A stretch of DNA of 36,314 nt from an uncultured Candidatus Saccharibacteria bacterium. Lineage in GTDB: Bacteria; Patescibacteriota; Saccharimonadia; Saccharimonadales; 2-12-FULL-41-12. Shown piece after piece: positions 1-6,273 of this stretch. The stretch is from assembly GCA_964441225.1 (NCBI GenBank), contig CAYTUF010000003.1, positions 1 through 36,314 of the forward strand, given 5' to 3'. Numbering within the stretch: the stretch's first letter is position 1; each line of letters opens with the position of its first letter. The notes under the pieces were generated by a model. The model saw only the letters and a list, made by a program, of their open reading frames with translations, did not search any database and had not been told where the DNA came from. The position numbers and the translations under genes are program-made.

Positions 1-52
1 ACAATCGTTAAAAAGGCAATGGGTTATCAATTCATCGCCACGCTCACGAAAT

Positions 53-274
53 TCAATTTGCTGTTCTTGTAATAGATTTAGTAGTTCCATCGTCTTGTCC
101 ATTGCCATATCTCCTTTTTTGGCTAGCCAGTTCTTGTCTTCTTAAATACTTAGCTTTAACAAAACGCATAATTGACATACCTGCTTCCTGAGCTTGTTCG
201 TCACTTAATTCCAATCCATACTGATCCTTCAGTATCTTTTGGAGTGACAATATGCGTTCTGTGCTAAGTCGCAT
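53..274 (-). CDS. hypothetical small protein (73 aa form; track ORF runs to 343)
   Basis: Frame of track ORF 53..343. The internal ATG at 272-274 lies 1 nt after the TAG (276-278) of the upstream gene, so the non-overlapping form MRLSTERILSLQKILKDQYGLELSDEQ... is preferred. Basic, Gly-rich tail. No family recognised. Confidence 0.45.
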   Translation of the reverse strand: MRLSTERILSLQKILKDQYGLELSDEQAQEAGMSIMRFVKAKYLRRQELASQKRRYGNGQDDGTTKSITRTAN

Positions 275-275
275 A

Positions 276-524
276 CTATTTACTGCCGTAAATCCTGCTT
301 TTAAGCATTTTGATAGCGTCAAAGTAATAACGAGCCTTAACATCTAGCGTGTTTGACCAATAGCTACTGATTACTGTTTCTAAGTCAGTACCTAGTTCAT
401 CAGGTGACGTAAAGATAAATTCAGTTCTACCGGTTTCGTCTTGTTCCGTTTTAGTAATTTCAAAATCAAGGCTTACTAATGCTGCTGCTAAACCGAGATC
501 TCTTACTCTTGTGTTGTTTTTCAT
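276..524 (-). CDS. DUF5659-like small protein (82 aa)
   Basis: The pattern DLGLAAALVSLDFEI...GRTEFIFTSPDEL...ISSYWSN...YFDAIKMLKSRIY matches my recollection of the DUF5659 family (LAxxLxxxGF...FxF...EL...Y...LKxxIY). GGAGGT (531-536, minus) sits 7 nt before the second ATG (524) and only 1 nt before the first (530), so 524 is the likely start. Confidence 0.55.
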   Translation of the reverse strand: MKNNTRVRDLGLAAALVSLDFEITKTEQDETGRTEFIFTSPDELGTDLETVISSYWSNTLDVKARYYFDAIKMLKSRIYGSK

Positions 525-597
525 ATTCATACCTCCTTCGTGTGGAAGTATGCCTATAAACTCACATCAATAGGTGACAGCTAGAGATTATTAAATG

Positions 598-1314
598 TCA
601 CAAACCTAATGCTTTTGCACGTTGTACAAGCTGTCTTGCATAAGTATCATCAATAGTTTCAGTAAACTCTTCATTGAGCTTAACAGTGATCTGTCTATAA
701 GTCAGTTTGGGCTTCTGTAGCCTTAAATCCATCGCTCTAGCCAGAAGGTGTATCTTAGACGATGATCTCTTTGAAGTAGTTTTATAACTTTTACTCAGGA
801 GCTTATCAGACTTAGCACGAAGCCTGTCCCAATCGTTTTTAGTCATAGCCCCTTGTATATCAATCCTAAGAGTATTATCAGAATTAGCGTGAATAATATA
901 AGGTGCAAAATCGGGTTTAGTTTCTCGCTTTAGTTTAGAGTGCTCCTTATACGCCTTATCCAAGTCTGTAACATCTATTTCAATACTACTAATGTCGTGT
1001 GTGACTATATTAAAATCAATAATGTTCCTTGTAAGGTATGTGAATAAGAAGAAGCCCCAGTTATCCGAAAGTTTAGGTGTAAATATACTCATCATCTTAT
1101 CTATATCATCAAGCATTCGTGAGTAGTTATTCTGATCTGTTGTGTACAGTGGGAAATTGCTACGATCAATAGCCCACTTATTTCTGAAGGTTGTGGTGGC
1201 AGCCCTAAACTCTCTATTGAACAGTACTTTCTCAATGCGATCTTGAATATCAATACTCTCGTAATCACATCGGGGCGGTAAATCTAGTACAGGCTGATCC
1301 ATTTGCATATCCAT
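598..1314 (-). CDS. hypothetical protein, 238 aa, C-terminal helix-turn-helix-like segment
   Basis: Long ORF with AGGAAA upstream. The C-terminal ~45 aa (KIHLLARAMDLRLQKPKLTYRQITVKLNEEF...ARQLVQRAKALGL) look like a Hin/resolvase- or sigma-region-4-type HTH. I recognise no family in the N-terminal ~190 aa. Confidence 0.6.
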   Translation of the reverse strand: MDMQMDQPVLDLPPRCDYESIDIQDRIEKVLFNREFRAATTTFRNKWAIDRSNFPLYTTDQNNYSRMLDDIDKMMSIFTPKLSDNWGFFLFTYLTRNIIDFNIVTHDISSIEIDVTDLDKAYKEHSKLKRETKPDFAPYIIHANSDNTLRIDIQGAMTKNDWDRLRAKSDKLLSKSYKTTSKRSSSKIHLLARAMDLRLQKPKLTYRQITVKLNEEFTETIDDTYARQLVQRAKALGL

Positions 1315-1598
1315 AGTAGTTACATTTTCCTATTTTTTAATCACTATTCCAAGAAGTTAAATATATAGGTTTGGGGTGTAGGTAAGCATTAAAAAGAGTT
1401 ATAATGCAATCAAGTGGTGCAAACCACCGTGATCTAGAGCCACCTGTTTACAGGAAGGTATGATCGCCAAATCCATTACGAACAATAAGCTCGTCGTCAG
1501 AGCACTGTTCGTAATGGTCACTTAGGGAAACCTTTGTGGGTGGCTTCGGTCATCGCTGGCGGCGAGCTTTTTGCGTTGCCGTCCATAAACACAAAGGA
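1315..1598. promoter_or_regulatory. divergent control region and structured 5' leader between the 238-aa gene (-) and the FtsK-gamma gene (+)
   Basis: 284 nt with no convincing ORF. AT-rich left part and a perfect TATAAT at 1400-1405 (no good -35). Downstream are a GTGGT-GCAA-ACCAC hairpin with a GNRA loop (1414-1427), CCTG-ttta-CAGG (1444-1455), the 12-bp inverted repeat at 1473-1517, and TCGC-tggcg-GCGA followed by GCTTTTT (about 1552-1571). Confidence 0.4.
1473..1517. repeat. perfect 12-bp inverted repeat CCATTACGAACA / TGTTCGTAATGG with 21-nt spacer holding a nested GCTC/GAGC stem
   Basis: Read directly: arms at 1473-1484 and 1506-1517. The spacer ataaGCTCgtcgtcaGAGCac can extend the hairpin. 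Confidence 0.9.
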
Positions 1599-2678
1599 AT
1601 GAATATGGACATTGACGATAAACTAATTAATGACTTCAGGGACTGTGTTGGCTTTGCCGTGGCACAGCATTATAAAAAAGACGGAGTTATTGCTCGCCAA
1701 AGACTACTATGGAAACTTACAAAACACTGGAACTCACGTCCAATGCACGCTGGAATTCCGGGTGAAGTAAGACGGAAGCTTGGAGAGCAAGAAGCAACAA
1801 GATTATTCCAAGACATTGCTAACGAGTATATTTATAATCCTGACTTATTAAAAAGTGCAACTGATGACTTAAAGAAGCTGTCTAATCCTTCAAAAGATGA
1901 CGAAACAGAGAGTAATACTTTCAGTACTACGGACGTAGAGCAACAACTCGGTAAATCCATTACCAGCCCTAAAGCGAATGTTCATTTGCTAGCTTTAGTG
2001 GTTACTCCTCTGATAAATAAAGGGTATAAAGTTGCACCGTTTCCAGACGATAAACACACTGTTGGTTTATCTGTTCAGGGTTTGGGTAAAGTCTGGGCTA
2101 ACAAGCTACCTGTAACGGTTGAAAGTACTCTGGGTGGATACGATCCTACTAAATGCCAATCTGAAGACTTTGCTAATGATCTTAATGCCATAAACCACAA
2201 ACTCAAGTATGTAAAATGCACATACGAACATATAGAAGATGTTATTGACGAAGATAATGAAATTGAAAGTAGTATGCAGTTTCTCGCAGACCTAAACTCA
2301 TTATCTAATTCGGGCAAGTTTTCATCATTCACAGAAACGGTGGTTACAGCTAAAAGTAGAATTGATAAGCTAACTGTAGAAAATAACGATGACTTTATTA
2401 ATTATGTTGATGAGCACGTCAAAGAACTTAGTGAAGTTGCAAATGGTTTAATAAAGTACCTATTTGATCCGAAAGACAAAGAGTTATTCACAAAAGCTTG
2501 CAAAGAAGTCATCAAGGCTGGAAAGGCGTCTACGGCATTATTGCAACGAAGACTTCAAATATCGTATCCCAAAGCAGATGAACTTATGACCGAGATGAGT
2601 AGACGCAATATAGTGCTACGTCATACAGACAAACCATCAGAAGTACTTGTTAATGACATCAGCGAGTGTCAATGGTAA
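1599..2678 (+). CDS. orphan FtsK-gamma (winged-helix DNA-binding) domain protein with an unknown ~300-aa N-terminal region
   Basis: The C-terminus KAGKASTALLQRRLQISYPKADELMTEMSRRNIVLRHTDKPSEVL matches the FtsK/SpoIIIE gamma-domain signature. I see no Walker A/B motif and no TM segment upstream. AAAGGA at 1593-1598 favours the ATG at 1599 or 1605 over the track's GTG at 1536. Confidence 0.75.
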   Translation: MNMDIDDKLINDFRDCVGFAVAQHYKKDGVIARQRLLWKLTKHWNSRPMHAGIPGEVRRKLGEQEATRLFQDIANEYIYNPDLLKSATDDLKKLSNPSKDDETESNTFSTTDVEQQLGKSITSPKANVHLLALVVTPLINKGYKVAPFPDDKHTVGLSVQGLGKVWANKLPVTVESTLGGYDPTKCQSEDFANDLNAINHKLKYVKCTYEHIEDVIDEDNEIESSMQFLADLNSLSNSGKFSSFTETVVTAKSRIDKLTVENNDDFINYVDEHVKELSEVANGLIKYLFDPKDKELFTKACKEVIKAGKASTALLQRRLQISYPKADELMTEMSRRNIVLRHTDKPSEVLVNDISECQW

Positions 2679-3300
2679 AACATATGTAGTAATGAGTAAA
2701 CTACTGCTAATACACAACTCGGATATGTTATTTGACACCCTTCAGCCACCTGATGATAAACGTCCAAATTTTTATTGGTACACAGATCGTTTCGTATCCC
2801 ACATAGGTACTTCCAAATACATCTACATATTTGTAGTTAATCCTAAGGAAGATAACGTAGAGCTTCGCTGTCGCAGAGAACCTTTTGATTTTGACGCATT
2901 GCATAAGGACTGGTTGTATTTTAGGGACTATAAAAACGGCAAGTACCCTGATAAGCATTATGCAGAAGCTGGTATAGCTATGTCATTCAGTAAACTCAAG
3001 CCTGTGGTAATCTTACGGGCTACTGGAAACGAGAAAGACGGACTGAAACTTGACTATGAGATTGTTAAGCCATCTAAACGCTTTGGGAAGAAAACTGTTA
3101 TCAGGTTATTCAAAGAGCCATATAACGAGATTTACAAGGATAAGCCAATAAGTTTCTCTGATATACCTGAATTAGCCAAACTGATACCCGAGATAGAAGA
3201 TACTTTACCCTTTAAATCAATTAAACAGAATGCTAATGATGAATATACCTATGATGGCTGGCTACCAATGTCTACGCATAAAGGCGGTACTTGGCTATAA
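2653..3300 (+). CDS. hypothetical protein (ORFan, about 203-215 aa)
   Basis: Open frame 2647..3300. Candidate starts are ATG 2653 (26-nt overlap with the upstream gene) or ATG 2692 (13 nt after its stop); neither has a clear SD. No TM segment or known motif seen. Basic, Lys- and Tyr-rich. Confidence 0.5.
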   Translation: MTSASVNGKTYVVMSKLLLIHNSDMLFDTLQPPDDKRPNFYWYTDRFVSHIGTSKYIYIFVVNPKEDNVELRCRREPFDFDALHKDWLYFRDYKNGKYPDKHYAEAGIAMSFSKLKPVVILRATGNEKDGLKLDYEIVKPSKRFGKKTVIRLFKEPYNEIYKDKPISFSDIPELAKLIPEIEDTLPFKSIKQNANDEYTYDGWLPMSTHKGGTWL

Positions 3301-3323
3301 TTTATGGTTTAATTAGTATAGAT

Positions 3324-4268
3324 ATGAAAGAGTTTATCGCTACTGTCCTAACACTTGGATTAATTGCTGTTGTCATTGCGTTTGTAGTTACATTAATACG
3401 CCCTAAACTTACGCTTAATACAAAGCTGTTTAAAACAAACAGTAGAAAGAAATTAGCTGTTTACTATTCGGGAATATTGATTGCATTATTTATCTTAATA
3501 GCAATATTCGCTCCCACCCCTACACAGAATGAACAATTAAATAGCACAACTGAAAGTGCGGGTTCGTCTGAGCAGACCAATAAAACAGCAAGTGAACAGC
3601 CAGAAGCAGAACAGCTAAAACTCTCAGAGCTATATGAAGTAGTAAAGGTGGTAGATGGCGATACTATTGATGTGAATATAGATGGCAAAACTGAACGTCT
3701 AAGATTGATTGGCATTGATACTCCCGAAACCGTAGATCCTCGTAAGCCCGTACAATGCTTCGGAAAAGAAGCAAGCAATAAAGCCAAAGAAATGCTTGAA
3801 GGTAAAAAGGTACGCCTAGAAAGCGATGACAGTCAGGATAACAGAGATAAGTATGATAGGTTGCTCCGCTATGTGCATTTAGAAGACGGAACCTTATACA
3901 ACAAAGCTATAATCGCAGAAGGCTATGCACACGAATATACGTACAATGTGCCATATAAGTACCAAAGTGAGTTCAAGCAAGCACAGAAAGCAGCCGAAGA
4001 AGCTGAAAAGGGGCTTTGGTCGCCCTCTACGTGTAATGGAGATACAGAAAAATCAGCTCAGCAAGAAACCCCAAAGCCTCAGCCCACAACTAATACACAG
4101 TCAGCACCAAGCCAGTCAAATAACTGCGATCCAAACTATTCGCCCTGCATTCCAAATGTTTCATATGACCTAGACTGTGGTGACATTTCTACTAGCGTGA
4201 GAGTAGTTGGCACTGACCGTCATCGTTTTGATCGTGATGGTGACGGATATGGCTGTGAGAGTAACTAG
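3324..4268 (+). CDS. membrane-anchored thermonuclease (SNase fold) with C-terminal Excalibur Ca-binding domain
   Basis: N-terminal TM (MKEFIATVLTLGLIAVVIAFVVTLI, plus a second helix AVYYSGILIALFILIAIF). SNase core motifs VVDGDTIDV, RLRLIGIDTPE and YDRLLRYVH. P/Q/T-rich linker, then Excalibur CDPNYSPC...DCGD...FDRDGDGYGCE. The ATG at 3324 is preferred to the track's TTG at 3291. Confidence 0.85.
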   Translation: MKEFIATVLTLGLIAVVIAFVVTLIRPKLTLNTKLFKTNSRKKLAVYYSGILIALFILIAIFAPTPTQNEQLNSTTESAGSSEQTNKTASEQPEAEQLKLSELYEVVKVVDGDTIDVNIDGKTERLRLIGIDTPETVDPRKPVQCFGKEASNKAKEMLEGKKVRLESDDSQDNRDKYDRLLRYVHLEDGTLYNKAIIAEGYAHEYTYNVPYKYQSEFKQAQKAAEEAEKGLWSPSTCNGDTEKSAQQETPKPQPTTNTQSAPSQSNNCDPNYSPCIPNVSYDLDCGDISTSVRVVGTDRHRFDRDGDGYGCESN

Positions 4269-4917
4269 ACTATTCATACTTATTGGCGGATTTATACTTG
4301 TAACTCTTAGTGCAACTGCTAACGCTCATCCAGGAAGAACTGATTCAAGCGGTGGGCATACTTGCAGGACAAACTGTGAAAGTTATGGCTTAGATTATGG
4401 TGAATACCACTATCATAACGGTGGCGGAGGATCTAGTACGCCAAGCTATGCTGCTCAGGGGAGAGTAAATGGTGCGGAACACGCATCTAAATCAAGAGAA
4501 ACGATAATTTCAACCAGTGAAAGTACTGGCTATAGTAACGGTAAGCTTGATGGTAGTAAGACAAGTTCAACCGTAAACTACGCAACACCAGATCTTCCAG
4601 TAAGTATTTGTAACGTACAATTCACATTTGATAGCGGTACCCCCGAAGATTACAAGCTCGGATACCATCAGGCATATAAAAATAGCTGCACTACCATTGC
4701 AACGAGTGCTTACAACTCAAGTTATAGAAAAGGCTATGATGAAGCATACAAGCAGAAACAAGCACAGACTAAGTTAAGTGAAACTAAAGATAATGATGAA
4801 GGTGATAGCTTTTGGGGTACTTGGGGTGTTCTGATTGGAATTGCAGGTTTTTACGGACTTATCGGAGGTGCTGGCTACTTAAGTGAACTATACGATAACT
4901 ATAAAAGTAAAAAATGA
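4249..4917 (+). CDS. YHYH-domain secreted protein with C-terminal membrane anchor
   Basis: Signal-peptide-like MAVRVTRLFILIGGFILVTLSATANA, then HPGRTDSSGGHTCRTNCESYGLDYGEYHYHNGG (YHYH family hallmark). C-terminal TM FWGTWGVLIGIAGFYGLIGGAGYL. GGTGA lies 5 nt before the ATG at 4249. Overlaps the nuclease gene by 20 nt. Confidence 0.7.
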   Translation: MAVRVTRLFILIGGFILVTLSATANAHPGRTDSSGGHTCRTNCESYGLDYGEYHYHNGGGGSSTPSYAAQGRVNGAEHASKSRETIISTSESTGYSNGKLDGSKTSSTVNYATPDLPVSICNVQFTFDSGTPEDYKLGYHQAYKNSCTTIATSAYNSSYRKGYDEAYKQKQAQTKLSETKDNDEGDSFWGTWGVLIGIAGFYGLIGGAGYLSELYDNYKSKK

Positions 4918-5054
4918 GTGTGTCACCAGATACCCCTAAGGGCATATAAATATATACATATATGGATAAGGTTCAACTAAAGACCACAAGGTAGGGGGTG
5001 GCAAAACATAAAACTATATAGGTCGTACCGGTGGGTACTATTATAGTTACAGCT

Positions 5055-5083
5055 TTACAACAGAGGTGGTTACACTGTAGAAT
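5055..5083 (+). promoter_or_regulatory. candidate sigma70-type promoter for the ROK gene (TTACAA-17 nt-TAGAAT)
   Basis: TTACAA at 5055-5060, a 17-nt spacer, and TAGAAT at 5078-5083, about 65 nt upstream of the ORF. Confidence 0.4.
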
Positions 5084-5148
5084 GTCCAAGTAGCATTAGT
5101 CTGACTTCGTTCAGAATTCTGCACCAACAAAAGAAACGAGAATTTTAG

Positions 5149-6273
5149 GTGAACCAGGAAAGATCAGCGAATATCATGGACAGAAAAATTAATAATGAGC
5201 TTCTAACAAATCTACCGGTTCCACCCATGCTAGATTCTCAGCTAAGCGAGTTTACTGCTGATACTATACACAGCAAAGCAGTTATGGAGTTTGACGCATC
5301 TAAGAGCCAAGAGCTCTTGAGCCAAAATGAGGGAAGAGAGGTTTTAGTTGCAGATTTTGGTGGAGATAAGGGTAGAGTTAACTTACTAAAAGTTGTGAAT
5401 GGAGAGCTTGTAAACACTAAAGGGTATGAAGATTATATACAAGGCGATGACGGCAAAGGGTACCTAGATACTATCATGCGTGCCACAGAATACGCAGAGC
5501 AACAGAAGCTACCCTTTGGCTTATCGTGGGGAGGCCCGTTAGACGGTACTAAAATATTGTATCAGCCTAAAGCGAAAATACTTATAAAAGAACTGTCAGA
5601 GCGCTTCGATGGTGATTTTGCAAACATATCGGGCAGCTTAAAGGTGGTTTTAAATGATGGCCCTGCTGGTGTCATTGGCGGAGTTATGCATGCGTACAAA
5701 GAATTTTCTGCAACGGAAATAATATTGGTGATTAACGGAGGTGGCATAGGTCTCGGCGCATTAAAAGACGGTGTTGTATCGGCTACCGAAGCAGGGCATG
5801 TAAAAGCAATAGATGCTCTTAACAAAGATCATATAGAAGCTCCCTGCGGAGTTTTTGATCAAGAGTTTACCTGCCTCGAAAATATAGGTTCCAATAAAAA
5901 GGGTATCGAACCTCTCTATAAATTACTTACAGGTGAAAGCATCTCTGCAAAAGAGATAGAGCAAAAATACTATAAAGGAGATAGTCGTGCTAAAGAGGTC
6001 TACGAGCTGTCTGCGTTAGTAGTGGCTCACGCAATCGCTGGTAGCGCCAACAGTTTAGGGATTGACTTGTACGCTCCAAAAACCGCTATTGTTGCGGATG
6101 GCAGTGCATTTAAATTCCCTTATTATGGCGACCGTATAAAACAGATATTAGGAAATGGACACAGCGATGAACCGCAACTACTGATGACTAAAGACCAAAT
6201 CAGTCCTGATTCTAACGTTTTTCTACACGGAGTCGCTCTAGCAGCGCTAGCTAAATCAGATAATGAGGGTTAA
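5149..6273 (+). CDS. ROK-family sugar kinase-like protein (ASKHA fold)
   Basis: VLVADFGGDKGRV (phosphate-1 DxGG motif), LNDGPAGVIGG, VINGGGIGLGAL, TEAGHV...PCGVFDQEFTCLE (partly degenerate ROK Zn motif). Start uncertain: GTG 5149 or ATG 5176. Confidence 0.7.
   Translation: MNQERSANIMDRKINNELLTNLPVPPMLDSQLSEFTADTIHSKAVMEFDASKSQELLSQNEGREVLVADFGGDKGRVNLLKVVNGELVNTKGYEDYIQGDDGKGYLDTIMRATEYAEQQKLPFGLSWGGPLDGTKILYQPKAKILIKELSERFDGDFANISGSLKVVLNDGPAGVIGGVMHAYKEFSATEIILVINGGGIGLGALKDGVVSATEAGHVKAIDALNKDHIEAPCGVFDQEFTCLENIGSNKKGIEPLYKLLTGESISAKEIEQKYYKGDSRAKEVYELSALVVAHAIAGSANSLGIDLYAPKTAIVADGSAFKFPYYGDRIKQILGNGHSDEPQLLMTKDQISPDSNVFLHGVALAALAKSDNEG

Noticed and set aside
1443-1458. CCUGUUUACAGGAAGG, superficially like part of 4.5S/SRP RNA (CUGUUUACCAGG...GGAAGGAAGCAGC).
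   Set aside because: The conserved domain IV elements (GGAA tetraloop helix with AGCA loop) are not present, and the context is a 5' leader.
1536-1598. GTG-initiated N-terminal extension (MGGFGHRWRRAFCVAVHKHKG) of the FtsK-gamma ORF.
   Set aside because: The SD AAAGGA sits immediately before the ATGs at 1599/1605. The extension is Arg/Cys/His-rich and overlaps predicted RNA stems, so it is more likely leader than coding.
522-1607. The same start context ATGAATATG after an SD occurs at both the DUF5659 gene (522-530, minus) and the FtsK-gamma gene (1599-1607, plus).
   Set aside because: It is a 9-nt coincidence in AT-rich sequence, with no extended similarity around it.
3464-4173. ORFs 3464-3787 (-) and 3925-4173 (+) inside the nuclease gene.
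   Set aside because: They are embedded in a CDS with clear SNase/Excalibur motifs. Their products are low-complexity and have no start-site signals.
4207-4268. Possible programmed frameshift fusing the nuclease with the YHYH ORF (the +1 frame is open for 62 nt before the nuclease stop).
   Set aside because: I saw no slippery heptamer. The YHYH ORF has its own SD-like GGTGA plus ATG and a signal peptide. An ordinary 20-nt overlap is the simpler reading.
6270-6273. The convergent ROK and TPR genes share a TTAA that supplies the stop codon on both strands.
   Set aside because: The observation is real, but it is a trivial consequence of compaction with no functional implication I can support.
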